Part shown: positions 24,198-37,449 of the stretch, one piece after another | How the letters are laid out: every line of letters begins with the position of its first letter | How positions within the stretch are numbered: position 1 is the stretch's first letter | Assembly (NCBI GenBank): GCA_965178125.1 | Contig: OZ237747.1 | Location: 496,001-560,000, forward strand | DNA: 64,000 bases | Direction of reading: 5' to 3' | From: Bilabrum cf. latius | Taxonomy: Eukaryota | The notes under the pieces: generated by a model | Told to the model about the DNA's origin: nothing | The model's input: only the letters and a program-made list of their open reading frames with translations | Databases searched by the model: none | Program-made: the position numbers and the translations under genes

Positions 24198-27100
24198 ATG
24201 CCACGTGTTGTGCTCTTTGGTCGACGTACCGCAGCGGTCGAGGACGATTACTTTCTTCCAGTCACCTGCCATGGTTGCCTGCGACTTGGCTGGTTTGCTT
24301 GCTTCGTTGTAGCTTTGCTGCACGCCCAAGACGACAATAGCAATTCTGAATGCGCCCCTTTCACGAGAATTAGTTTATGGATCCTAGTTGTTGCAAGTCT
24401 GGTCGGTGTTTTGCTGGATGTGTCGATTGCTGGCCAGGCGTGTCGAGGATCCATAAACTAGCCAGAGCTTCGTGCTTCAGTCCCAGTCTTGGCGCATGTG
24501 CATGTTGTCCAGTTCGTTGTCGAGTTAGGTGCTGCAATCACTGGAGCGTATTTGGCTTTTCACGAGCTGCAGCTGGACTGCGAGCCGGTTGCCAGCGATC
24601 TTACGCTCGTGACAACCATCCGAGCGGCGATTGTGGTTAAGCTAATCGTGACGGCACTCTACGGAATAGGATTTTCGCTGACCATGTGCGTTTCCAGTGA
24701 AGCGACGCTGCAAAGCCGCGACCAGGCAGCGGAGGATGTAGACGGGTACTACAACACGGCGGGGACCATCCGCGGCTGGTGCAAGGCGCTGGCTTGCTGC
24801 TGTTCCTTCGAGGACGACGACATATTCAACCGCGTTGGCACAGTCATGGCATCCGTATTTCACGACATCAATCGCGCTGGGCTGGGTGCCTCAGACCTGG
24901 GTGCCTCAATGCTGCTCGTACGGAAGGCGCAACTGGAGCAGAGGAGAGAAGACCCTCACGGGTTCGCCCTAGGCTTCATGAGCGGTGCAGAGGCAGCTGC
25001 TGCACCTGCAATATGGGGGGATCATTATGGTGAACCCGAGTGGAACCCCCACGGAAGTTCTACTGCGGGTAGTAGCAAGGAGCAGAACCTCCGTCTTAAA
25101 AGCGCCGGTCCCGTGGGTGGAAACGAAGCAGCAGCAACAGCTGCAGCTGGACCGGACACGTCCGGCGGGCACGTGCGGCAACGCCAAGGCAGCTACCGGG
25201 AAGAAATCGCTAGCAGTGGGGCAGCCGGGCACAGTAACTTCTCAGCGGGCACGCACCCATCCGTCGTGCGCATATCGAAGGCGTGGGTGGCCTGCTGTGC
25301 GCAACCGCCGGCCAGGGTGCCTTTCGGTGGATCTTCCAGGGAGACGGAGCAGCTAGTCAGAGTAGATTCGCGAGCCGAATTGCATGCTAACAGATTCTGC
25401 AGGCCTCTGGACGAGCAGAGCGACTGGGAAGTGGAGCTTCTTAGGCAGCAGGCCTATTACATGCCGTATGCTGTTGCAATCTACGGCCGGCTCCTGTACG
25501 GTTTTTCCAATGGGCCCCAGGCATTGTGCCACCCGCTTGGAACAATGGGCTGCTCCGAGTTAGTATCCTGCCACGGATACCTAGGAAACGCTGACCAGCT
25601 CGGCCCGAATGCCAGGCATGCCCTAAGCAGCATGCTGCAGATGCGGAGGCGCAGGCGGGACTCGGGCGACTACGAGCCGCCAGGGTCGAGCAAGAAACAA
25701 GCCGCAGAAGCCGGATCTCACCGCAACGGACACTCTGTAGCCTTAAAGGCAAGCGATCGGCCAGCTGCTGATCTGCTTCCGCGGACGGGCGCAGACGCCG
25801 ATTCCATCGCGCGACAGGACGGGATGCCGCTGCACAAGTTCGACGACTGCTGCCTTTGCGACACGACTGCAAACGTTTTGACTACAAAGTAGTCGCCCGG
25901 CACCGTGCTGTACGCAAGCTACGGTGGCAGCGTGTCCATGCGCCCATTCAGCGTGCAGGTAGATGAGGCCAGCAGGACGATTGTGGTGTCGGTCCGAGGA
26001 ACCCTGTCGGCCGAAGACGTCCTCGTCGATGCAGACGCGGAGCCGTTCGATATTCGAGACCAGCCCGAAGTGCGGCAGCTTACCCGCCCCAGTCATATTT
26101 CAATGGAATCGCCCACGGGAGAGCAAGCCAGCGGAGCAGCCCCGGGAGCGAGCATGCACACCGTGCAGCCGCTCCTGTCGGAAGCAGACCTGGAAAAGGG
26201 CGTGTACGTGCACCGATCTATGTGGCTAGCGGCTCGAAATATCGCCAACGTCATCGAGGAGGAGTGCCTGCTTGCAGCCGCCGCTGGCGTTGACTTGCAA
26301 TCAGGCGATGTTGAATCTGGCGATGCACCTGCTTCTGCAAGCTCTGCTGCAGGTTCAAAATCATTTTGTAGCGGCGCGGAAAAGACGCCAATGGGAGTCT
26401 TGGTGCTCGGCCACTCCTTGGGAGCCGGGGTGACTCAGATGCTCACGATCATTCTACGCGTGAGTACCTTGGTGCCTATCCACCCCGCGTCAGATTCAGA
26501 TTCCCCTGCTCGCCATTGCCCCTCCCTGTATCAGCTGCTCCTTTCTCGCATCGCAGGCAAAGTACCCACAGACCAGAGGTTTCGCGTATTCACCCCCAGG
26601 GGGGAGCGTGTCTCCCAACCTTGCGGCAGCACTTGCCAAGCGAGTGCTACCAGTGCGCAAGCTTTCGAGTTTGGGAACGGCTTCAACTGGGACGGCAGTC
26701 GGGCGTAGTGAGCATGCTCGTTCGCTGTTGCTCCCAACCATTACTAGTCTTGTGCTAGGTGATGACGTGGTACCTCGGCTGAGCATGCATGGAATCCTAA
26801 GGCTCAGGTGCGACATGCTGCAATCGATCATCAATGCACGCATTGGGAAGCCAAGGCTGTTGCTGCAGCAGAGCTGCAGCACTGCGATTGCTCTGACTGG
26901 CCTAGTGTGCTGTTGCAGCACACGTTCGTGCCAACCTGGACAAGTTTGTGACTGCTCCGCCGACCCCACTGTGGACCCCAGCGCTGCACATGGTGCTGCT
27001 CAGCCGCTGCAATCTGAGCACATTCGATAGCTGCAGTCATTGTTGCAGAAAACTAGGCGTCTCCTGAAGCAGTCGAATTCAGGCACCACGAGAGCAGCAT

Positions 27101-27456
27101 CGGGCACTTTGGAGTCGGCGCCTGCAGAGACAGCAGGGTCGCCATCTGGCGCGCAGTCTGCCGATAGCATGGCTAGACTGCAAGAGCGGCTGCTGCACCC
27201 TATGGTTCCTGCCGGCAGAATCATGCTGATGCGCAAGCTTGCCACTTCCACCGTGGCATGCTGCGACAGTGCGAGGGGCACGCGCGACTACGCACCGTAT
27301 TGGATTACACCAGCATACCTGGGTCGGATTCACGTCAGTGCTTTGATGCTGCGAGACCACCTGCCCGACGTTGTGGACAAGGTTCTCATAATGATGGCGA
27401 GGGGTATTACTGGTGAGGAGGTTCGAGCGAACGGGTGGTGGGCGCATTCGGAATGA
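24198..27456 (+). CDS. Diacylglycerol lipase-like class 3 lipase (N-terminal TM segments)
   Basis: DAGL-type start MPRVVLFGRRTAAVEDD, VSVRGTLS, catalytic GHSLG, AYSPPGG, LGDDVVPRLS and MLRDHLPD. Intron 26460-26556; TAGs at 24459, 25890 and 27028; ends TGA. Confidence 0.88.
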
Positions 27457-27591
27457 ATCACCCTTAAAATTTGGATACCTACACTAACGATTCGCTAGTC
27501 TAAACGATATTATCCACAGAATACAGGTTTCGAATCTCGTACCATATTGATAGCAATTGGCAAGAGTTGGGAAATTCAGATGTGATCCAGG

Positions 27592-30500
27592 TCACAAGTC
27601 CTCAGTCACAAACTCTGTCCGTCCTGTAGCCCCCACTAGCACAGTGGGGGGCAGTCCACGAGTGAGCATGTCAATGGTCTGCAGGTACGCTGCGTCCTCT
27701 GCCACCGTGCGCCTGGTAGGGGTCTCGCGGCTCCCCGTCGCCCCAGTGCTGTCAATCTCAATGCCAGGCACAGCAGGCAGCGCCATGAAGCAGACGCACG
27801 TGCTCACGCAGTTGTATCGCACCTGCTCATTCACAACCGCGGGGTGCTCGCTAAGATACATTTCACCGTCCACAGACCCGTCAAGAGCGCCGTCCGTGGC
27901 CACGTGTAAGCCGGTGAAATTGGCAATCCCAGACCCGAACTGTGCTTTCGCCTCAGGTCTACCACCCGACCTCCCTTTCATCTGCTTGGACAGAGCCGCC
28001 GCGATGGGGTGCATTCTCCCGCCCTGCACTGGCAGCACAAGCACATCCGCTTCGAATCTGTACCTGTCTAGTAGGGCTTTAAGCTCTTCGCCCTCCCTCT
28101 CAACGTCGGATAGGCTCTCTACGAGGCGGACAACCCGCAGCGTCGTGTTTTTGCTCCACAAGTCCGTCCGCCGCAGCACAGTCGCCAGCTGCAAAGCCAA
28201 GCTGAGGCTGCTGGTTCTTGAGAGGGACTGCCTGCCAACCAACCATACGTCGACCCGCATCGCGCGAGTTTCCTCGGAGTTCCTGTCTGCGGCGTGCTTT
28301 TTGAATGCCACGATTAGGTCCTTATTTAGCTGCTCAAAGTTCCTGGCAATGAGAGCATGTCGGCCCATCCGGAGCGTGTCTCGCAGGCACCCGCAGAATT
28401 CAAAGGCCCCGTTCAGGGGGGGCTGCCACGCAGGCTTGCCGTCTGCCCCGACTAGCCCGTTCCTGTGAGCTCGCAGCAGCTCCATAGCGACTTTTCCGGA
28501 GGATCTTGGTGACGCCGCATGCGAAGCTCCTGCGACCACCGAGGCGGTGGCCGCCGCCCCGTCCTCCTTGCTCTTTGCTTCGTCGGAGGCCGTCGACATC
28601 ACTGTGCTCATCTCGACCCCGTTCGGGTCTCGGGAGGGCTCTTGCACCAGAGACGCGTGGGAAGCCTGCCTCTCCGCCCGCTCTGTGTCCGTGCTGATGC
28701 TCACGGAGGCGTCGGAGCTCGCCTGCCCCAGCTTCAGCCTGGACGCAGGGAGGGTCGGTGCGGACGCAGAGTTGGACACCAGGCCAGAGCTGCGCTTGGC
28801 TGCGAGCCTCGGCGTGTCTGCTGCCGGTGCCTCGCCCAGTAGCATTCTCCTCTGGATCCGCATGATGCTTGCAGCGGCACGCATCGCCTTGGCCTTCTTC
28901 GCCTGCTTGGCGCCCTTGTCCTCGGAGCAAGCCAGCACTGACCAGCAGTCCTCTTCGTCCTCGACCCCTAGCAACCCAGCAGGGGCCGCTCCCGGCCCAA
29001 CACCACCGCCCGCTGCCGACTGCTGGATGCCGCCTTCCAGACTAACTCCTTGCGGCACTTCGTCGTCGAGCTCATCGCCCACGTGGTCCCCCAGTGCAGA
29101 ACCATCGCCACCGTCGGACCAAAATCCGATGGCTCCATCGTCGATCGAGCCAAACCTGGAGTGCCTGCGGCTGCTCCCAGACCCGCGCCGCTGCCGCAAG
29201 CCCGAGAGAGCCTCAGCGGCGGCGGAGCCCGCTGCAGAGTTCCCATCATCCAGCTGAGGGAGGGCAAGCTTGACTGCAGCAGGTAGCTTCGAAGCCGGGA
29301 ACATCTCCTTCAGTTCTTCCAAAGAGTCTTCAAAGGCTGGGCTGGACCTGGAAGCTACCGAGTTGGCGCTGCTGCCATCTTCGCCGCCCTTGCCTTCCTG
29401 TTGGCGGCCGCTGGGACTTGTGCCGCCTAGCCCGGTGCTGATCAGCTGGTGCGCGTTCTCGATCCGAGCAGCAATGTCTTCTGAGAAGGGAAGGATCACG
29501 GTGTTCGGCTTCATGCCGCCGAGCCCGCTCACCATGGTCAGGTTCTGCGCCGCGGTTCGTCCGCTGGATCCCACACCAACCTCGGCAAACGCCTTGATGT
29601 TGAACGTGTCAATGTACTCGAGCCAGCGGTAGCGCAGCCGCGCCACACGTGGAGCAACAAATGCGAATGTAGTGGGCGCGTGGTGAGGAGAGGCCCCGTC
29701 GAGCCGCCGCACGTCATCGCCTAGTGCGGCAATTGCCTTGCTGTCACCGGAACCGGTGTCCGAATTGACTCGAACGGTGCTCCCGATGATGAACAGGCCG
29801 CCCTTCTTGAGGTTGTTGGAGAAATCGATGAGGTTCCTCACCGCCCTAGAGCAGGGATGCTGCACGAGCAGGAGGATGGAAGGCCTCCAGTTCTTCACGT
29901 GCTGCTTCCGCTCGTCCAGCACGAGAAGGAACTTGCGGACCTGGTGGAAGATGATCGCCTGGGACACGTCGCCCCAGCCGCTGCTAGGAGCCGTGTAGTT
30001 GATGTAGATGATCAACAGAATCACGATGATGATGGACACGCCGGCGTAGATGGGGCTGGACAGGAAGAGCAGCACCACGCAGGCCAGAGCACCTGCGAGG
30101 GCGGTGTGCCACGAGAAGTACTTGAACCTGGGACGGAAGTTCGGCGCACCTGCCAGCCGCAGGATGCAGCATGCGATGTTGACACTCGCGTAGACTAGCA
30201 AGAAGAATTCAGAGATCAGGCTGGCCACCGTGTCGAGGTTTCCAATGAAGATGCAGGCCTGTGCGATGCCCCAAGCGAGCAGAGTGGCGAAGATGGGCTC
30301 GTCGCCCTGCTGCGTGCCATACTTGAACGGCGACAAGAACCAGAACACGTTGTCCCTGGCCAGAGCCTGCATGATGCGACCAGATCCAACTAGGTTTCCG
30401 AGCGCGCTGGAGACCGTGCTAGCGAAGATGCCCGCGGCCACGATGTACCTTGAGAATGCCACGTCCTGCATGATGTTCAGGTTGCCCTGCAGGACATCCC

Positions 30501-31780
30501 GCTCCACGGTAGCCCCGATGATGACGATCAAGAGCGCGTAAACGATGATGGCGAAGGTGAGGGCGTTGAGCGTCCCCGATCCGATGCTCTTGCCAGGGTC
30601 CTCCAGGTCGCCGGACATGTTGGCACCGGCTGCGAGCACATGGGGGTGTACGGGGGCAAGGGAGCGCACGGAGAGATGAGAGAGAAAAAATCTGCAATGA
30701 AGCAAGCAATTGACAGCCATCACACCGACTAGTGTCTGTTGGACTGATGAGATCAGTACTCTACTTCAACAGGACTCACCCATCACCCCAGTCAGGGCAG
30801 GGAACACAACCACGAGGGTCGTGAATAGATTCAGCTGCTTCCCAGTGGATCCAACCGTGAAATCTACCCACAAATTCCCCGCTAGCGTCTCCCCACTCAG
30901 CCCCGTGTACCCCGGGACATACTTTGTGCTGTGGTTGGCGTCGGGGTCCCCCTCCTCTGAACCTGGGTACACGGCCCCGCGGACGAGGAAGGACAGAGCG
31001 GCCACCACGATGGATCCCATGAGGACGATGAAGATGCCCAGGTTCAGCTTGGAGAACACGCTCGCGCCCACCAGGGACACTCCGAGCAGCACCAGGAGTG
31101 CGACAGAGGCGTACAGCTTGGTCATCCACACCGACCCGCCGACGAGACTGGCCAGCTCCTCGGCGAAAGCCACCAGGTAGAATGTAATTCCCACGCTATT
31201 TGCAGCAAAAAACACGATGCCGATGGCCCCTCCGAATTCGGGCCCTAGCGAGCGGGAAATCATAAAGTAAGCGCCGCCGCCTCGCATGGTCCCGTTCGTG
31301 CTTATAGCGCTGATGGAAAGAACTGTGAGCAGCACCGCGGTGCCTGCCAGAAGAAATATTAGCAATGCGCCGAGCACACCGGCTGCGCACGAGTGAGCAG
31401 CGCGGAAAAAATAAGACAAAGGCTGTAGCGCCGCACCAGCCGACGCGCTCCACCAGTGGAAGTGAGTCGCGCAAGATTGCCGCGGACCTTGTCAGCTATG
31501 AACAGTCTTACCTTGTCCAACTGACCAAGGGAGGCGTAAGAACAAAATGGCCCCAAATATGGAGAGCAGACACGGCAAAAACACACCGTAAAACGTGGTG
31601 AGTTTATTCTTCTCCAGCTGCAATACGAGGCAGACGAAAGGGAAACGCCAGCGTCAAAGAACGCAGGCAATACGCTACCCAAGCACAATACTTGAAGCAC
31701 TCTCACAGCTGCTGGAGGGGAGTCTCCATCGGCTACTTTTGATATCGTAGACTCTGTCGCACTACCAGACTCTGCGAAGA
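27592..31780 (-). CDS. SLC12A9: Cation-chloride cotransporter, SLC12A9/Vhc1-like (5' start uncertain, upstream of 31617)
   Basis: Motifs KLTTFYGVFLPC, ILFLRLPW, GGGAYFMISRSLGPEFGGAIG, FPALTGVMAGANMSGDL, NFRPRFKYFSW and WGDVSQAIIFHQVRKFLL. Introns 31383-31511 and 30630-30779 restore conserved motifs exactly; ends TGA. Confidence 0.9.
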
Positions 31781-32034
31781 ATTGCTGTAAGCGCAGTCAA
31801 AAGATTCGATATTTAAAGTTTTGAACTACACGTACACGTCAGGTAGGAATTCAAATCATACCCTGGATTAAAGGACGCTGCATCCTGGAGAACGGATGCA
31901 CGAAAGATGAAAACGATTTCAATGATGAGGTGCAACTGCAGTTGCGGAACCAACCGGATCGTATCGGCGGCGCCGAAGTTTCACTTTTTGCAGCCGTTCG
32001 AAAGCAGATCTTGGCGGGGCAATTTGACGTTGTA

Positions 32035-34825
32035 ATGAAGGGAAGAGGAGGAGGCAAAGCCGCTGCTAGCAAGAAACGAGATGCAACAGCCGAAGCAGTC
32101 GAACGGATAAGGCGGCAAAGGGAAGCCAGGCGAAGATCAGCCGAGAACTTCCGCCGGGAGCGCGAGATCGAAAGTGCCCGCAATGAAAAGTCAGGAAACC
32201 CAGGGGATGTGGACTTCCAACGGATGATTCGAAGGTACAGGGCCGAGCAGGCAGGCTCATAGCAATCTGTGAGACTTTCTTGTTGAGCGTGTTGAGCCTC
32301 TGTACCAATTCCGGTCGGAAAAGAGTTATTTGCCCTTGGCGATGTTTTCAGTGTACCGCAGCACTCTGCACCGGGAAAAGACAAAGTTACTATTGTTGTG
32401 AGGAAGAGACCTCAGAACTCTAGGGAGAAATCGCGCAAAGATTTTGACGCAGTGACTTGCGTGAACCCGAGAGCGGTGGTGCACGCATGCAAGCTCAAAG
32501 TTGACGGGATCTCGAAGTATCTGGAGAATCAGGCGTTTGCATTCGACCATGTAAGACGATAAACGGGCAGCACACCTGCATCCGCTCCTTGTGACGATTC
32601 GTTGCGGACTAGTCCATCGATGCTTCCCGAGTGCCAACGTTCGCAGGCTTTTTCTGAGGCTGACGATACGCCAATGATATACGCGCACACAGTGCAGCCC
32701 CTGGTGGGATACATGTTCTAGCGTGGACGCGGGACGTGCTTTGCTTACGGCCAGACTGGCTCGGGCAAGACGTACACGATGACCGGAGTGTAGGCCATGG
32801 CGGCTCGAGACATTTACGCAGAGCTGAGCAAGCCGGAGCACCGAGCGAGGAAACTTGGGGTGTACCTATCCTTTTTTGAAATATACGGGGGGAGATGCCA
32901 GGATCTCCTGAACGGCCGCGCCAAGGTCACCATCCGGGAGGACGGTGCCGGCCGCGTGAACCGAGTCGGGCTGGGCGCGGTGCGATGCGACGGCGTAGAG
33001 GCACTCCTGGCTGCGATCGAGCGGGGCAACGAGGCCAGAACCACGCATTCCACCGCCGTAAACAGCGTCTCTTCCCGCAGCCACGCCATCTGCGACATCG
33101 TGGTCAAGGACACTGCGGGCCGAATGTGGGGCAAGCTGTCCCTCATCGACCTCGCTGGGTCCGAGAGGGCCGCAGACACGAGGTCCCACAACCGCCAGCG
33201 GAGGCTCGAGAGTGCCGAGATCAACAAGTCACTCCTTGCCCTCAAGGAGTGCATCCGGTGAGCTTGATCTCTCCCTCACGCAGACGATGAACAGCTGATT
33301 CCATATCATCATCTGCGCAACTGGTGCCCTTCAGCTTCGATGCTACCACACTGCCCATGCCTCACAATGCCTGCCATTCGCTCCCCTTTCCGCCGTGCCA
33401 CACCGCAGTGCACTGGACTCTGGATCCGGCCATGTGCCATTCCGTGCCTCCAAGCTGACACTCGTTCTGAAGGACACGTTCACGTCAAAGGCGGCCAAGG
33501 TGGCCATGGTGGCCACTGTGTCTCCGGGGGCGTCGTCCGCCGACCACACCATCAACACGCTGCGGTACGCAGACAGGGTAAAGGAAAAGAAAGCCAAGGC
33601 CGGCAGCGGTGGGAGCCGGGCCGGAGCGGTTCCGGTTTACGGCAAGGGGCTTGGAGCCCCCGAGGTGGAGAGATCGTACCCATCAAGAATAGAGACCTCT
33701 CCTCTGACCGTGGAGGACGATGACGCAGCGGCTGCTGCAGCACCCGAACCGAGGTCACCGCGGAGGGCGGCGGCCCGCGCGGAGGGCGGCGTGGCGGGAA
33801 GTGTGGGGGGCAGACGACGGGCTGTGGGGCGCATCCCTGATCGAGCGGGCCGGCCCGGGGATGGTCGGCGTGCGGAACCAGCAGCGCGCGGGGCCGCCAG
33901 TGCGGCGGCGCGACAGCCCGCGAGGCGACGACCGGCTGACGCATCGGATCGAGCTGTGCGCGGTGGCTTGGGCGAGGGCGAAGGTAAGACGAGCGAGGGG
34001 GACGAGCCCAGGCTCATGCGGGGGCCGCCGGGTGGTTCCGGGTCCGGGTCGGGCACCAGCTCTGGCCGCGGCAAGGCGGGCGGGTCCGGGTCAGGTTCCG
34101 GGTCCGGGTCTCGTCGTCGTGCCGAGATACCTGAAGATTTCGAAGAGGACAGCGAGGAGGAGCTTCGGTCGGAGTTCAAGAGGGACCTGATGCCGGGCCG
34201 CGGCGCAGGCTCGGGCTCGGGCTCAGGCTCGGGTGGTGCTGCAAGGGCAGGCAGGGGGGGTCCTAGCAGCGGGAGCGGGGCGGGGGAGCCTCCCCGCCGG
34301 GACCCTTTCGAGGAAGCGGACCGAGCCGGCGGTGGAAGGCCGGGTGCAGGTGCATCGCATGGTGGTGCCGGCAGCAGTCCCCAGAAAGACGACCTCCGCA
34401 TGCTTCACGCCACGCTGAGTCGGGACGAGAAAGGCACCAGCGGCCGCTGGCTGGAGTTTCACGAGATCATGGATCGCATCGTGGAGGAGGAGGAGCAGCT
34501 CCTGAACGCGCACATGAAGCAGATTCAGGACAATGCGGACGACCTCACGGAGGAGGGTGCGCTGCTGAGCAAGGTGCAAGGCAACGAGGTCGTGGACTAC
34601 GACATCGACGGGTATGCCGCGCAGCTTCAGGACATCCTCAAGAGGAAAATGGAGCGCACCCAGCGGCTTCTCGCGCAGGTAGGGAGCTTCAGGAAGCACC
34701 TCGCTCTGGAGGACGAGCTGAGCAAGAAGTACGGCAACGATGGCCTGGCGATGCCCTGGGATGGCCAGCAGCAGCAGCAGCAGCAGCAGCTTGGTGGGGG
34801 CGGGGGCGCAGGGGGCGGGCGGTGA
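32035..34825 (+). CDS. Kinesin-13 (KIF2/MCAK-like microtubule depolymerase)
   Basis: Motifs VRKRP, KLKVDG (KVD finger), CFAYGQTGSGKTYTM, SSRSHA, LIDLAGSER, EINKSLLALKECIRAL and HVPFRASKLT. Introns 32269-32361, 32551-32646 and 33258-33408; TAGs at 32260, 32719 and 32791; ends TGA. Confidence 0.95.
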
Positions 34826-34968
34826 CATCTGAGTATCGTCTAGTCTGGAGGGTCGTGTGGGACCCCAGGCCCACCCGCGATCCGGATTTTGCGCGGCGCC
34901 ATCTTTGTTCGGAACCAGGAACCAGAGGAAGTCGGCCTCAAACGCATTTGTATTGCAGAACCACAAAG

Positions 34969-37347
34969 ATGGGCCTATCAGATAGCACTAGAATATCATT
35001 TACAACCATTCAATGGAATGCCAGCCAAAGAAGAGTTCAACAACGCAGGGCAAAGGACCTTTCGTTTGGTGTTGCATTAGCCTGTCTGGCGATCCTCCTT
35101 GGTTTTTCTGCTTGTAGATCTAGCAGCTTCGGCGTGCTGGTCTGGAGAATTTTTGGACCTTCTAAAATATCTATTAGCGAGCTGGCGAGCCTAGCAGGCG
35201 ACATGAAGCCTCTCGCTGGGTGGATCGTCCCGAAGCTGTCAACAGGTATCCTAGCGTATCCAAACGTGCTGAATCGCGAATTGAGTAAATCACCAGTCGG
35301 TTCCATCCCTTCATACTTCATGAGGTCTGTTACGATTGAGGAGGGGCTGACGTACAGAATCTTCAAAGGCAACCGAACCGCGGAGCACAGAAATGTGCTA
35401 CTAATGACTCGTCAAGGCGACCAAGTGGACCTCAAGCACTGGATGGGTCCAGAAGATTGCCTAAAGATGTCTCTGTGGAGCCTTCAAATCATTATACAAC
35501 CAAAGGACTCGCAAACAGAGAGCTATATTCGGCAGATGTGCAGGAATAAGCTCGCGCTGGACACGTTCTCTGTCGCTGTTGCGCGACTGCACAGCGCAGG
35601 AATAATAGCTGGGTTCATTGAACCAGTGCAACATGGGCGAGATAAGCCATTGGTAGACTCTCTAGATCACTGGCAGTTCAAGGAAATGCAACTGCGCCGA
35701 TGGGTGCCTGGAGATGAATAGCTGCGAGCAGCTGTCGAACAAGCCCAGAAAAAAGCCAGTAGCATTCGAAGAGATGCAATCATCAATTGCACCAGTGCAA
35801 CAACGGAGTCTATTTCATTCGGGGAGGTCTTTGTGCTTGGAATAGCGCTCATTAGCCTTCTGCTGGCAGCAGACTCTGCGTGGCACTGGTGGATCCTGGC
35901 TATCTCCGAGCTGCCGCAGCAGGCGAACATGCGTGACACTCGCAGCGTCCACCGATTCCTTGGTTCGGGAAACAGCAGGACCACGGAGAACAAACGTCCA
36001 TTTCCCGAGCTCGCGAGTCTTGTGGCGTCGAGAGCTTAGAGTGGCGTGCCAGTCACGGACAAGGCGGCGTTGTCGGCAGGCTGCCTCGTGCCGGCAGGGC
36101 CAAGCGCTCCTTGGTTCGTGCTGGACCGTGAGGACGCTGTAAACCCACAGCTATTGGTTGCATCCGGCCTCGCATTGCAGCCACTTGGATGGATCAGATC
36201 GAGGCAGCGCCGGAAAGTTGCCGAGCAGCTCCATGCATGGAGTGGCCAGGTGCTGTATTCCATGGACCCGCGGATGATCGAAGACGTATCTCTGGCTGCC
36301 ATCCCGTTCGCCACAGCCAAACACATGCAACTCGATAGCGTGCTGCCAATGATAGAGCTGCACCGGCAGGACAAGGAGGCCACCGAAATCGGGGAAATGT
36401 GGCCCGCTATACGCATCGTTGTTGGGTCTCTCTCTCCATCTGCACTTGCCGTGCAAGCAGGTGGCAGGGGCAAGCAAGCCGGGCTGTTTAAGGGGCCGCC
36501 AAAGCTGCAAAGGCAGGTGTCCATCGTGAGAGGAAGAATGGGCGAGCCGTTCCACCTCCACAACGTAGCATCAGTGCCGCGAGTCCCCCCTGTGGGCAAG
36601 CATTCTGACCCAGCCGAGATCGAGAGGCTGCAACAAGCAAGGCTCGTCGTAGATCAAGCCAGACACTCTGAAGAAGACATTGCGCAGCGAACCATCAGCA
36701 TACCGCTTCCGTTCTCTGGTCACGGGACTCCGAAGCACTGCCTGGACCAACTGCGAGCCGCGATCGAGCTGGCCAGCCCAGGGTTCAAGGAGCGGTCGTC
36801 TGCAATGCAGCGCTTGCATAAGGAAAACAGTAAGGTCATTTTGAGCTTTAACGATGACGTCAGCGAATGCGCCCAGCGGATTCATTAGAGGCAATAGGAC
36901 GACGCGGAGTACATCCGACTATTGAAGGTCACTCGGCGAGTCGAGCGAGACGTGTTCCAGCGAGTCCAGGTGCTAGGGCCGGAGCGGGTGCTCGGAAAGA
37001 GCCTTGGGGCCGATCCGGCAGTCAGGCAGGCCATTCTTGCCGGTGCCATTGAGCTCAATACCGACGATAGGTTGCATCAAAAGTACCTCGGTTCGGACTG
37101 CCCGCTGTGCCTGGAGCCCATGGAGGAGGGGCAGCAGATAGCCCCGTGGCCGTGCGATCATGAGCATGGCTTGCACGTGGAATGCATGAAGGAGTACCTA
37201 GACTCGCAGCATCACTGCCCCATGTGCCGTCACGAGGTCAGGGCGAACGCAAAGGCTGAGCTGCGTGGACTAGTCGAGCGTGGGGTGCGCGCTATCATGC
37301 TAATGCAGGGCATCCGCCAGTACTGGCAGCACCTAGGTTTGGGATGA
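34969..37347 (+). CDS. Membrane protein with a C-terminal RING-H2 finger (probable E3 ubiquitin ligase), ~790 aa
   Basis: Four track ORFs lie in one frame, joined by TAG (35719, 36037, 36886, 36895). Two hydrophobic segments; RING CPLC...PCDHEHGLHVEC...CPMCR; ends TGA. Confidence 0.8.
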
Positions 37348-37449
37348 AGGACACGGTCCAGCCTTCTCGGCTGGAATCGCTGGACGAATTGCACCACAAA
37401 TGCAACCTTTCCAGACAACGATGCACTGGAGAGCAACATCAAGAACGCA

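Noticed and set aside
32700-32800. TAGs removed by small introns, edited A-to-I to Trp, or decoding pyrrolysine
   Set aside because: Spacing around the kinesin P-loop leaves no room for introns. TAG contexts are polar and Gln-rich rather than Trp-like. Pyrrolysine is a prokaryotic system used at rare sites.
34030-34800. GGTCCG/GGCTCG and CAG tandem repeats as satellites or a CRISPR-like array
   Set aside because: They encode Gly-Ser and poly-Gln tracts within the kinesin tail, with no repeat-spacer structure.
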